Positions 1-9,220 of a DNA stretch of 64,000 bases are shown here, in pieces. A program made the translations under genes and the position numbers. The notes under the pieces are model-generated. The model was not told the origin of the DNA, ran no database searches, and was given only the letters and a program-made list of their open reading frames with translations. Source of the DNA: a virus (Duplodnaviria; Caudoviricetes); the IMG/VR virus record IMGVR_UViG_3300015607_002466, positions 1 to 64,000 of that record. One strand, 5' to 3'. How positions within the stretch are numbered: the stretch's first letter is position 1; each line of letters starts with the position of its first letter.

Positions 1-1116
1 GTCCGTTCGAATTTTCAACAAACTATCAAGATTTGGATACTTGATTTCGCCTTCAATCACCCTCAGAACTTCATTAGCAATTTCTAGTTCTTCATCAGCC
101 TTATCAAATTTGGCTTTCAATACTTGGAAGGCTTCTTCTAAATCGTTTAGTTCGCCTTCAATTTCTTTGATCTTTGCATCGGCATCAGCAAATTGTTGTA
201 GACAGTATGGACACTTAGCATCTTGTAGGTGCTCAAGCTCTGAAGACTTTTTGGTAGTCTTCGTCATATTATCTTGGATTTCCTTCTCAAGAGACTTAAC
301 TGTAGTTTTCAGCTCTTGGACAAGAGCCTTAGCATCTTTCAATTGTCTGTGGAGCTCTTGCTCCTTTTCAAAGTCAACACCCTCAATAGATGACAATTGA
401 GTTTTGATCTTTGCAATAGATGATTCTTTGTCCTCTTCCCATTTCAGGATTCGGGCTTCAGCATCAGAAACCTGCTTGTTGTAGCGAGTTATAGCATTTT
501 GCTGCTCTCGAATGATCGCTTCCTGAATGTTGATGTCGCCTTCAGTAATCTTGATCTTCTCTTTGAGCTTCTTGGCCTTCTCGCTAAGGATCGTGATGTT
601 GAAAAGCTCTTCAATCAACTTACGTTGGTCGCCCACAGACTTTTGAAGGAATGGTTCTGAACCACCGGCAAATACTACAATGTTAGTAAACAACTCATAG
701 CTGATACCAACAATTTCTACGATCATCTTGTCGTTTTCGCTGACCGAGTCAAGGGTGATATCGACGCCATCACAAGAGATTTCAATGTTGGTAGACGTTC
801 CACGACAACGATAGACTTCGTAACGCTTGTCACCCTTAGAGAAAGTCAACCGAACTTCCATCAACGTGTCTTTTTCGGCGTTGGTGTTGTTGATCAACCG
901 CTTAAGGCTGATATTGTCAAATGGGTTGTTGTAAAGAGCGAAACAGATTGCATTGATGATTGTCGTTTTACCAACCCCGTTCGCTCCACCAATGTCGACA
1001 TTCTTACCGTTGATGAGGATAGTCCCATTCAAGGTAAGGTCAACTTCAGTGTAATTGTTCCCGAAGGACATGAAGTTCCGCAAACTCAGCCCTTCAAATA
1101 CGACGTAATCACTCAT
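1..1116 (-). CDS. gp46: Recombination endonuclease ATPase subunit (T4 gp46/SbcC/Rad50-like), 3' end runs off the window
   Basis: Not in the ORF track (open at window edge). Manual translation from ATG at 1116: MSDYVVFEGLSLRNFMSFGNNYTEVDL...GGANGVGKTTIINAICFALY (Walker A, SMC-like N-terminus), followed by coiled coil. Lies downstream of gp47. Confidence 0.93.
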   Translation of the reverse strand, partial: MSDYVVFEGLSLRNFMSFGNNYTEVDLTLNGTILINGKNVDIGGANGVGKTTIINAICFALYNNPFDNISLKRLINNTNAEKDTLMEVRLTFSKGDKRYEVYRCRGTSTNIEISCDGVDITLDSVSENDKMIVEIVGISYELFTNIVVFAGGSEPFLQKSVGDQRKLIEELFNITILSEKAKKLKEKIKITEGDINIQEAIIREQQNAITRYNKQVSDAEARILKWEEDKESSIAKIKTQLSSIEGVDFEKEQELHRQLKDAKALVQELKTTVKSLEKEIQDNMTKTTKKSSELEHLQDAKCPYCLQQFADADAKIKEIEGELNDLEEAFQVLKAKFDKADEELEIANEVLRVIEGEIKYPNLDSLLKIRTD

Positions 1117-1366
1117 TGTTTTGTTCTTCTTCTGGTAAAAATGTAATTATAGTTTGTCGGTTTTTGTCATAAGCGACAGTATAAAATGATCCTTCAAACT
1201 TTACCCTTTTAATGGAGACCCTATTCGACTGAGTCTCCAAGTGTTCGGCTTTCCCACTTTGAATTTGCTTCACGAGTTCTCGAAGATGATGACGATTTAG
1301 CTCAAGGCCAAATCGTTCTTGCGCTCGACGTTTTGCGTGAATTCGTTCAGAATGAGTTTTGTTCAT
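1109..1366 (-). CDS. Small basic protein with HAxxRxxER motif (DUF4258/RelE-like fold candidate)
   Basis: 85 aa, 'RIHAKRRAQERFG...YTVAYDKNRQTIITFL'; overlaps gp47 stop and gp46 start (translational coupling). Confidence 0.6.
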   Translation of the reverse strand: MNKTHSERIHAKRRAQERFGLELNRHHLRELVKQIQSGKAEHLETQSNRVSIKRVKFEGSFYTVAYDKNRQTIITFLPEEEQNNE

Positions 1367-2454
1367 AGCTCTGCGTACTCTTCTGCTAGTTTTACTGGGT
1401 CAATCGAAGTAGTCTTTTGTACGCCACTTGCGATCAATTTTTGGATTGTGTCATCCAGGCCGGTAGAATCAAGGGCATCAATATCGAGCTCTTGTCCTTC
1501 GCCAGCGATGGCATCCTTTCGTTCTTGAGCCTTCTCATCAATCTTGAATTCTCGTAGAGAGAAAGCCTTGATGAATTCTTCCTTCAACGCCTGAACTTCA
1601 GTGTAGGAGATTTCGATGTCCTTAGTGCAGGTGATTCGAGAATTCTCAACAGGGGTCCAATCACCTTCAATCAACGTAGAGAGGTTGACGCGGAAATACA
1701 TTGGGCATTTTGGCCAGTCTACAAACTTGACATCGTCAGTACGGGTATCGAGAATACAGACACCTCGTGCGGAATCGCCGACATCACCGTAATCCATTGG
1801 GAAAGTATTGCCAATGTAAATAGTGTTATCTTTAATCTGACGTTTGTGGTAGTGACCAGAGAAAATGTAAGTGAAGTCGCTGAACATAGTATGCTCAGGA
1901 CCTTTCTCCATGATATTGGATGTTCCAGTCAGAACAAAGTTCTTGAATTCGAAATGACCAAAGGCGTATTTGGTTTTACCATTGAACTGAACCATTTGAG
2001 GATACTCATCATGGAACAGGAATGGGGTAAAGAGCAAGTCGCCGTTGACTTTCGTAAAGTGATCGACGATTATGAAATTCTTCTTGTCTTTAAACGGCTT
2101 CGGAGAATAAATGACTCGAGTATGACGATGATAGAGGTCATGGTTGCCAATGTCGAAGAAGATCGGGATACCCAATTCATCTAGTTTATCGGCTCCTCGG
2201 TCGGCGGCATCCAACGTCATGACGTTGATCGCATTTCGATTTTCAAACCAATCGCCTAAGAAAGCGATAGCATCGATTTCTGGGTCTTTCTTGACGTTTG
2301 CTACGACAAAGTCGATAAAGTCGAGACAGTCCTGATTGTGGACGATGCTGTTGTTCTTCTTACCGAAATGAATGTCGGTAAACATAAGAATTTTTCTTAG
2401 AGGTTTACCGAGATCAAGTTCAGTAATTTTGATTTTACTGACTTCTTTTTCCAT
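1363..2454 (-). CDS. gp47: Recombination endonuclease nuclease subunit (T4 gp47/SbcD/Mre11 metallophosphoesterase)
   Basis: DIHFG, LGDWFE, GNHD, FGHFE, SGHYH metallophosphoesterase motifs; adjacent to gp46. Confidence 0.95.
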   Translation of the reverse strand: MEKEVSKIKITELDLGKPLRKILMFTDIHFGKKNNSIVHNQDCLDFIDFVVANVKKDPEIDAIAFLGDWFENRNAINVMTLDAADRGADKLDELGIPIFFDIGNHDLYHRHTRVIYSPKPFKDKKNFIIVDHFTKVNGDLLFTPFLFHDEYPQMVQFNGKTKYAFGHFEFKNFVLTGTSNIMEKGPEHTMFSDFTYIFSGHYHKRQIKDNTIYIGNTFPMDYGDVGDSARGVCILDTRTDDVKFVDWPKCPMYFRVNLSTLIEGDWTPVENSRITCTKDIEISYTEVQALKEEFIKAFSLREFKIDEKAQERKDAIAGEGQELDIDALDSTGLDDTIQKLIASGVQKTTSIDPVKLAEEYAEL

Positions 2455-2462
2455 TATTCTTC

Positions 2463-3059
2463 TTAGTAGTTGTCGGAATTAAAATTCTGGTCGTCTTTAC
2501 CGTTTTCAGAATAATTGAAACTCGGGTTTAGACCTTCTTCGACGATTAGGGAATCACGAATATCGCGATGCTTCTTCTCATCAGCCAAATACTGGAGGAA
2601 GCTATTACGAATTGCGGTGGTATAGAAAGCGAAAGGATTGTTTGACTTTTCTGGATTGAACTTGAGAGCATTAGCCATCAAGTTGACCATCGCGAAGGAA
2701 ACCATGTCTTCACGGAACGAATAGCCAACAAAGTTAGACTTGCACGAAAAACGTTCAGCGATCATAAGGATCATGCGGGCCAATTCGTTGGTTACACGTC
2801 CTAATTGCTTTGCTCGAATTACTTCAGGGAGAAGTACTGAGTTGGTAACGTAGTGGCCTTTAGTCGTAGTCGACTTTGGTCGTCTAGTTACGGTCTTCTT
2901 TGGTTTTTCTTCAACTTCTTCTACAGCTGGTTCATCAGCGTAGAAACTTTCTTCAGTCTCTGCTCCTTCTTCGAAATTTTCAAGATCAAAAGAAGGTTGT
3001 TCGCCTTCATCATCGTAAGAAATTAGGTCTGATGTTGACGATTTTTTTGCACGAGCCAT
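2463..3059 (-). CDS. gp55: Late-transcription sigma factor (T4 gp55-like)
   Basis: HYVTN..L, IAERFS.K.NF.GYSFREDMVS, FNPEKSNNPFAFYTTAIRNSFLQ are gp55-family motifs; gp55-gp47-gp46 order as in T4-like phages. Confidence 0.92.
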   Translation of the reverse strand: MARAKKSSTSDLISYDDEGEQPSFDLENFEEGAETEESFYADEPAVEEVEEKPKKTVTRRPKSTTTKGHYVTNSVLLPEVIRAKQLGRVTNELARMILMIAERFSCKSNFVGYSFREDMVSFAMVNLMANALKFNPEKSNNPFAFYTTAIRNSFLQYLADEKKHRDIRDSLIVEEGLNPSFNYSENGKDDQNFNSDNY

Positions 3060-3104
3060 GGGGAGTATCTCCTTTATTGTTTTTGTAGGTGGGGATTTCT
3101 GAGA

Positions 3105-3134
3105 ATTATATCACCTACGTTGAGTTTTGTAAAC
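3105..3134 (-). promoter_or_regulatory. Early sigma70-type promoter GTTTACA-N17-TATAAT with extended -10 TG
   Basis: Minus strand reads GTTTACA (3134-3128), 17 nt, TATAAT (3110-3105); upstream of gp55. Confidence 0.75.
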
Positions 3135-3181
3135 GTTTGTTGTAACGACCGGTCATCAAAAAATGCAAAGGCGACAAGGTA

Positions 3182-3188
3182 ATAAATA
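3182..3188 (+). promoter_or_regulatory. Late promoter ATAAATA (T4 TATAAATA-like)
   Basis: taATAAATAtc about 30 nt upstream of the first gene of the plus-strand late block; motif recurs before many late genes. Confidence 0.7.
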
Positions 3189-3219
3189 TCCTTGAACAAC
3201 TTTTCAGCTTTTACCAACA

Positions 3220-3885
3220 ATGGAACAAAACATCCTACTAGAAGATCAGGCTCCAGCGCAATCCCAGCGAGCAGTCGTGATCGTTGGCCGTTTCCAGCCA
3301 CCAACTATCGGTCATTACAAGATCATCAATCTTGCTAAGAAGTACATTCGCGAAAATTCCGCGTTAGAACTATTTACAAAACCGATCGTGGTGATTGTCG
3401 ACGGTAAAAAGTCTGGAAAGAACAAGAAAGAAAATCCGTTGACTGTTGACGAGCGCATCTATTTCATGAAGAATTCTGGAAGAGCTAACGGTGTTATGTT
3501 CTTGTCTGCGAGCAATGCTTTCGAAGCATTCAATGAGGTTCGAAAAGCTGGATACGAACCTATCGTAGTCGGTGCAGGTTCAGATCGAATCAAAGGGTAC
3601 ATGAGCCTACTTGACGATAAATTTTTAGATCGAAAAGAGAAGAAGCAAAAACACTACGAGCTACCAGGACTAGAGACACGACATGAGATGAAAGGAACCG
3701 AAGAATCGATTTCTAAAATAGACGGTCATGTTTCAATTTCAAACGTTTCGGGATCATTGGCTAGAAGAGCCGCTGAGCTTGATTATTTCGACGAGTTCGT
3801 GACAATTACTGGACTTGACAAAAACATTCCAGCAGCAAAGAAGTTGTTTAAGCAAATCAAGAAACAAATTGGAGAAGAACAATGA
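3220..3885 (+). CDS. Cytidylyltransferase-like (HIGH-class) nucleotidyltransferase
   Basis: VVIVGRFQPPTIGH (HxGH-type), NPLT..ER, VVGAGSDR, and SGSLAR near the C-terminus. Confidence 0.8.
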   Translation: MEQNILLEDQAPAQSQRAVVIVGRFQPPTIGHYKIINLAKKYIRENSALELFTKPIVVIVDGKKSGKNKKENPLTVDERIYFMKNSGRANGVMFLSASNAFEAFNEVRKAGYEPIVVGAGSDRIKGYMSLLDDKFLDRKEKKQKHYELPGLETRHEMKGTEESISKIDGHVSISNVSGSLARRAAELDYFDEFVTITGLDKNIPAAKKLFKQIKKQIGEEQ

Positions 3886-5024
3886 GCATGCTAGGAGATT
3901 TCCTACCAAGAGTTGGTGAAGGTATTTCAAGTACAGTTAGTGGTATTGGGAATTCGATTTCTAATGCAGCAAGCAGTGCCTCAAACTTTATTTCAAGTGG
4001 AACTTCAAATTTTAACCTAGCCAACATGTCAACTAAAATTGGTGAAGGCGCTACTAAAATGCTTGGCAGTTTCGGTAGCCTGATGGGTTTTAAGAACGTT
4101 GCCCCAAATTTACCGAGTGCAGACCTTGCAACCTTGCTCCAACAACAAGGTATTGGCATCGGTGCTGGACAGACTCTATCTGATAATACTGAGTTGGCTG
4201 CACCACGTTCCGACAATAATGACGTGGTCGTTGTTTTGCAATCGACGATTTCACCAGAGTACGTACGTTTAAACGCAAGTCCAAGAATCAGCGAAAATAG
4301 AGCTGCACAATATTCTGAAGTAAACCTAATCCACCATCCAGGCGCAATCCTAAAATATGAGAGAACCAGCGCCAGATCGTGGGGCGTTAGTGCAAAGCTT
4401 GTTTCACGAAATCAGCAAGAAGCTTCAGAAAATCAAATGATCCTTAACATCATTCGTGGTTGGGTTATGCCTTACTATGGCGAAGGAACTGAGAAAAACG
4501 ACCCAGACAAGTTGGGAGCCCCACCACCAGTGTTGATGTTCTCCGGATACGGTGAGAAAAACATCGCAAAAATTCCTGTCGTTCTTGAAAGCTATAACAC
4601 TGATTGGCCAAACGAGTGTGACTACATTCCTACTTTGGCTGGTGACCCTTTCCCGGTAGTTATGGATGTTTCTTTGACTTTGAAAGAATGTTATTCACCG
4701 GCGGAATATTCAAACTTCAACCTATTTGCATACAAATCTGGAATGCTGTCTCAAGCATTTAACGGCGGAGAATTCTCCGCAGGTTCAAGTTCGACTGCTA
4801 ATGACAACGTTGATACCTCTGAACCAGCGATTCTTGGTTCAACACAATCAATAATGGGTAAACCGACAGCAGAATCCCTGTCTAACGTTGTGCCCAGTGG
4901 ACCAATGAGCATTGAGCAAATGGAAGCTGAGGCGAAAGCGAAAATATCGGCATCAACTGCGGCAGATCATGCGTATCTCGATAGATCGTTAAATGAAAGT
5001 TACAGCATAAAAACCATAGTTTAA
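3882..5024 (+). CDS. Baseplate/tail-tube initiator-like protein (contractile-tail tube-type domain) with Ser/Gly-rich N-terminus
   Basis: Core 'ILKYERTSARSWGVSAKL...GAPPPVLMFSGYG...IPVVLESYNTDWP...PVVMDVSLTLKE'; first gene of baseplate cluster. Confidence 0.6.
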   Translation: MSMLGDFLPRVGEGISSTVSGIGNSISNAASSASNFISSGTSNFNLANMSTKIGEGATKMLGSFGSLMGFKNVAPNLPSADLATLLQQQGIGIGAGQTLSDNTELAAPRSDNNDVVVVLQSTISPEYVRLNASPRISENRAAQYSEVNLIHHPGAILKYERTSARSWGVSAKLVSRNQQEASENQMILNIIRGWVMPYYGEGTEKNDPDKLGAPPPVLMFSGYGEKNIAKIPVVLESYNTDWPNECDYIPTLAGDPFPVVMDVSLTLKECYSPAEYSNFNLFAYKSGMLSQAFNGGEFSAGSSSTANDNVDTSEPAILGSTQSIMGKPTAESLSNVVPSGPMSIEQMEAEAKAKISASTAADHAYLDRSLNESYSIKTIV

Positions 5025-5039
5025 GGCGACAAGAAAATC

Positions 5040-5369
5040 ATGCCAAATAGCACACAATCACCATCAAGTTTAGACAATAAATATTCTCGATACGTTCAAG
5101 GTGGAACCACTTCGACTAATAGAATCGGCCTAGATTGGTGGGAAAGAAGAATCCTCCCAAAAGACCCAACTGATATTGTCTATTACGTTGAAAACAAATT
5201 TGAACAAAGAATCGATTTAATCTCTGACGCGTTTTATGGAGATTCAAGATATTGGTGGGTCATTGCTCAGTTCAATGACATAATTGATCCGTATTCTGAA
5301 ATAACTCCAGGTAGAATGTTGGTTATTCCTACCAAAAATCGCGTATTCACTGAACTACTAACAAAATAA
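5040..5369 (+). CDS. LysM-like baseplate wedge protein (gp53/GpX-like)
   Basis: RIDLISDAFYGDSRYWWVIAQFNDIIDP...GRMLVIP is the typical LysM-type baseplate signature. Confidence 0.8.
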   Translation: MPNSTQSPSSLDNKYSRYVQGGTTSTNRIGLDWWERRILPKDPTDIVYYVENKFEQRIDLISDAFYGDSRYWWVIAQFNDIIDPYSEITPGRMLVIPTKNRVFTELLTK

Positions 5370-5373
5370 CAAT

Positions 5374-7437
5374 ATGTCCGTTCCTGTAAATCCTCTTGAC
5401 AGATTTAGATCATACGCTTATCACCATATTTTGGTCGCGGCTGGTTCTACTGAAGCAATACGTGCCTTCACTACAGGTGAAGGAGAAGTCTTAAAAAATC
5501 TAAAGTTGGGACAGACCGCGGGGGGTCAAGGTAGTGAATACTATTTAGTATTTGACACGAGAAAGAATTCTTTCTTTTCGATAACTGACGTGTCATACAC
5601 TTCGTCAGCATTCGCCAATACCAGTCGTATGTCGAACACAATCTACAGCACAGTTGATATGCAAATAGTAGATTCAACCGGCATGACTTTAGTCAATTAT
5701 CTTAAATGGCTTCAAGATAATGGATTAAAAACCAGTCTCTATAAAATGGTTTTCATGCTCAAAACAATATTTGTTGGTCACACTTATGATGGAAAAACTG
5801 AGACTGTTTATCAGGACGCAATCCCGATGGTTTTAAAAAATATGGTTTTAAATCCATCGCATCAAGGTTCTCAAATTTCGGCTTCATTTTGTCCAATAAC
5901 AAATGGTGCCGTTTATTTTATGGAAGATTATTCTCGAACGTTTGATATACCGAGCGTGTTTTCATCAACCGGTAAATTAAGTGACGCTCTGAAAAACCTC
6001 CAACTGGTGTTAAACTATAACTCCAGACAATGGTTTCAAAAATTACAACTTGAAATTACAAAGAATGATGAAACGAAAAAAGAACAGCCCAGCTTAGGAT
6101 ATGGCAAACTTGTACAATATATGATTACAATTCCAGATGATTGGGAATCTTTTTCTGTTCTGGGAATTTTTGACAGAATGACTGAGACAGTTTTTAAAAA
6201 AATCGGAATAAAAAACCCGGTAACACCAAGTGGTGTCAAAATTGGATTTACTGTCAATCCTAAAACCGAAATCTTAGACTTAATTGAGCAGATTCTTAAA
6301 CAGTCAACTGACGTTCAAAAACTCGCAAGCAATGAAAATGTAAAAAAGGGTTTTATTAGAACATACAAAATTATTCCAACTGTAACCAGTGATGAAACAA
6401 CCGTAGTTATTCATTTTGATATTGTTAATTTTACCATCCCAAAAATTGAAGATGATTCAAATAAAACTGAAGGTAAGGATCAGGTAGGAAAGACATCAGC
6501 ATTTGTAAAACCTAAATCTGACTCAGACTCAAATGTATTTACCTTTGACTATCTGTTTACGGGTAAAAATGCAGATATTCTAAACTTCGATCTTAAGATG
6601 AATAACATAAATCTTGCTATTGCTGATGATTTAATAATTGGTGATAAGTCTTCGCAAGAATCAGCAAAAGACCAAAAGGATAAAGAGACCGATGAGGCTA
6701 AAACCGTTAAAAAGACCGTTCTGTTGAACGTCAAAGAAAAAGACCCGATTTTACCTCCGTTTAAAACCTTATCACAGGCGCAGAATGTTTCATGGTCAAC
6801 AGAAACTGATAGTCGATCTGATGTGGTAAAAAGCCGTCAACAGTTTATTCAAAATATGTCTAAAATTTACGCGGCGTGTTCGCAAGATTTGATCCTTAAA
6901 ATTCGTGGAAATCCAGACCTTTACAAGCGCTTCACCGATTCAACGCTAATGCCACACGTAAAGTCTATAGATTTTAATTCGTTTTCAGATGGCAAATATG
7001 TAACTAGTGAAGCATTCTTATCCACTGTTGAGAAAGGTTCGGCCTTCGCTCAATCTGAAGAAGTGATGTATAAAGAGGCATTAAAGAAGAGAACTGCCGA
7101 GATGGGTGTAGCCGAATTACAACAAAGTGAAAAGATTTCTTCTCTTTTACCGCTTTACGTCAAAGTAAATATTAAGCTTCAAAACGTTGATTTGATTGCT
7201 GATCATTTTGACACTTCATTTAAGCCTTACGACAAGTTTTGGTACGATGGCTATTACATTGTTAGAAAAATTGTCCACCATTTTTCTAAGGGAGAATTCC
7301 ATCAAGAACTTCTCATTGGCGCAGTCGTTGATGATCTTTTCGGTCAAGAACAATCAGACAAAAACAAAGTAGATACTGCTACTGATAAATCTGATAAAGA
7401 AGTTCCTAACAATATTTCACCTATGGGAATGCCATAA
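5374..7437 (+). CDS. Baseplate hub protein (gp27/GpD-like)
   Basis: Lies between the LysM wedge protein and the spike; C-terminal 'IRGNPDL...DGYYIVRKIVHHFSKGEFHQEL' hub-like motif. Confidence 0.65.
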   Translation: MSVPVNPLDRFRSYAYHHILVAAGSTEAIRAFTTGEGEVLKNLKLGQTAGGQGSEYYLVFDTRKNSFFSITDVSYTSSAFANTSRMSNTIYSTVDMQIVDSTGMTLVNYLKWLQDNGLKTSLYKMVFMLKTIFVGHTYDGKTETVYQDAIPMVLKNMVLNPSHQGSQISASFCPITNGAVYFMEDYSRTFDIPSVFSSTGKLSDALKNLQLVLNYNSRQWFQKLQLEITKNDETKKEQPSLGYGKLVQYMITIPDDWESFSVLGIFDRMTETVFKKIGIKNPVTPSGVKIGFTVNPKTEILDLIEQILKQSTDVQKLASNENVKKGFIRTYKIIPTVTSDETTVVIHFDIVNFTIPKIEDDSNKTEGKDQVGKTSAFVKPKSDSDSNVFTFDYLFTGKNADILNFDLKMNNINLAIADDLIIGDKSSQESAKDQKDKETDEAKTVKKTVLLNVKEKDPILPPFKTLSQAQNVSWSTETDSRSDVVKSRQQFIQNMSKIYAACSQDLILKIRGNPDLYKRFTDSTLMPHVKSIDFNSFSDGKYVTSEAFLSTVEKGSAFAQSEEVMYKEALKKRTAEMGVAELQQSEKISSLLPLYVKVNIKLQNVDLIADHFDTSFKPYDKFWYDGYYIVRKIVHHFSKGEFHQELLIGAVVDDLFGQEQSDKNKVDTATDKSDKEVPNNISPMGMP

Positions 7438-8807
7438 TGTATTATGATTCTTTTCCGTTTATTACTGACGGTATCGTAAAGAGTACTAATGACCCGCAAC
7501 AAAATGGTCGACTTAAAATTTGGTGCCCCGCGTTAGATGGAGAAAATATTGACATTGATTTTCTACCATGGGCGGAATATGCGACCCCATTTGGTGGGGT
7601 GACAAATGATTTTAATGCGGGAAGAACTAAGGCCGTATCGAACGGTCCAGTATCATACGGCTTTTGGGCTCTTCCTAAAATTGGTGCTCAGGTTCTCGTT
7701 TTCCTATTAAATGGCGATCCAAATCGAAGATTCTATTTTGCGAGCTATTATGGACTTCACAGAAATCGTTCTTTGCCAGCAGGAAGAAACAAGAGTGAAA
7801 ATGACGCAGTAGGACCGTTTACCGATACTTACGATCCACTCCAGCCAGCATACGACAATATGCGAACAGCTTTCCAAGGAAAGATGAGTTCCCCTCAAGC
7901 TCGCTCTCGTGGAGCATTCCAGCGTCAAGTTGCCCAAGATCAAACTGACAAGGACGGTAAGGACGGATACGGACCAAATCCAGTCGATGGAAAATATCTC
8001 GACCCACAGTCATACTGCTTCGTAACCCCAGGCCATCACGTGTTCGTGATGGATGATACACCAAACAATTCAAGAGTGCGTCTAAAGACATGCGAAGGTA
8101 ACCAGATTATCATCGACGACTCTAATGAAAGAATCTATGTGTCAACCGCAAAGGGTAAAACCTGGATTGAACTGGATGAAGACGGGCATGTACATATTTT
8201 TGGATCACAGTCTGTATCGGTACGAGCAGGTAAAGACATAAACTTAACAGCAGACAATGACATCAATCTTGAAGCCGGAAAAAACATCAACGTAAAGGCA
8301 GTTTCAGGAGAGGCACGTCTTACAGCAAACGAAGATATTCATATTCGATCAGGCGCGGGAAGTGTTTTCCAGACTGCATGTGATGAGTTCCACATCTGTT
8401 CGACAAATGGATATTACGTGACCGCTAAGGATATTCACAATTATGCTGAAAATTCTATTCTAAATACTGCTGACGCCGGAAGTATCGATCTTAAGAGTGC
8501 GGGCCAGTTCAATTTAGGAAATGGCCAAATGTCAATAAACATGTCAGACGGATCATTCAAACTAAACGCCAAATCTGGTATAATGGATTTTGGTTCAAGT
8601 TTAACTTTCGGTGCAGGCACAATAAACACTAAGTCAAATGGGGGAAGCGGAGGCGCTTATTCCCCATTTAATTCGAAGAATGATCCAGCAAGCAGTGATG
8701 AATCAACATGTGCAGACGAAGCAAATGGTCCATCTATAATTCCGGGTCACGAGCCTTGGAAGAGACCAGCATCAGCAAAACCAAGAAATAAATATTGGAG
8801 CGAATAA
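7437..8807 (+). CDS. gp5: Baseplate central spike (gp5/VgrG-like OB-fold plus beta-helix), no lysozyme domain
   Basis: GIVKSTNDPQQNGRLKIWCP...LPWA...GFWALPKIGAQVLVFLLNGDPNRRFY OB-fold; periodic beta-helix 'INLTADNDINLEAGKNINVKA'. Confidence 0.85.
   Translation: MYYDSFPFITDGIVKSTNDPQQNGRLKIWCPALDGENIDIDFLPWAEYATPFGGVTNDFNAGRTKAVSNGPVSYGFWALPKIGAQVLVFLLNGDPNRRFYFASYYGLHRNRSLPAGRNKSENDAVGPFTDTYDPLQPAYDNMRTAFQGKMSSPQARSRGAFQRQVAQDQTDKDGKDGYGPNPVDGKYLDPQSYCFVTPGHHVFVMDDTPNNSRVRLKTCEGNQIIIDDSNERIYVSTAKGKTWIELDEDGHVHIFGSQSVSVRAGKDINLTADNDINLEAGKNINVKAVSGEARLTANEDIHIRSGAGSVFQTACDEFHICSTNGYYVTAKDIHNYAENSILNTADAGSIDLKSAGQFNLGNGQMSINMSDGSFKLNAKSGIMDFGSSLTFGAGTINTKSNGGSGGAYSPFNSKNDPASSDESTCADEANGPSIIPGHEPWKRPASAKPRNKYWSE
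8788..8794 (+). promoter_or_regulatory. Late promoter ATAAATA upstream of gp25
   Basis: aaATAAATAtt 13 nt before the gp25 ATG, inside the end of gp5. Confidence 0.5.
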
Positions 8808-9181
8808 TGGCAATTTACAAAGGATTTTCGACTGCTAACTGGTTGCAGACTAAGAGTTTTCAGGTCGCGGATATTGAAGCAATTAAACACGATCTGTCAA
8901 ACCATATCTTTACTAGATTGGGCGAACGTGTCATGCAACCAGGTTTTGGAACAAGAATTCCGGATATGGCATTTGAACCAAATGATGAAGAGACCATCAA
9001 AATAATTAAAGATGACGTGGTTAAGGTTATAAACTACGATCCACGAGTTCAATTGAAGTCTGTTGAGGTTTATCCAATTCCAGACAACAACACCATTATC
9101 ATTATGGTTACGGTTTATTATGTCGAATTCCAAGTGACCGACGTTTTAAACATAGATGTGAAATCTAGAAAACTAATCTAA
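8807..9181 (+). CDS. gp25: Baseplate wedge protein gp25/GpW-like
   Basis: Start likely ATG 8807 (TAATG overlap with gp5 stop): MAIYKGFST...IFTRLGERVMQPGFGT.I.DM.FEP...YDPRV. Confidence 0.92.
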   Translation: MAIYKGFSTANWLQTKSFQVADIEAIKHDLSNHIFTRLGERVMQPGFGTRIPDMAFEPNDEETIKIIKDDVVKVINYDPRVQLKSVEVYPIPDNNTIIIMVTVYYVEFQVTDVLNIDVKSRKLI

Positions 9182-9183
9182 AA

Positions 9184-9190
9184 ATAAATA
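9184..9190 (+). promoter_or_regulatory. Late promoter ATAAATA upstream of gp6
   Basis: aaATAAATAa about 30 nt before ATG 9221. Confidence 0.65.
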
Positions 9191-9220
9191 AGAACTAGAA
9201 ACAATTTCTTTAGGACAATT

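Noticed and set aside
41-400. 119-aa plus-strand ORF at the window start
   Set aside because: Antisense to the gp46 coiled coil.
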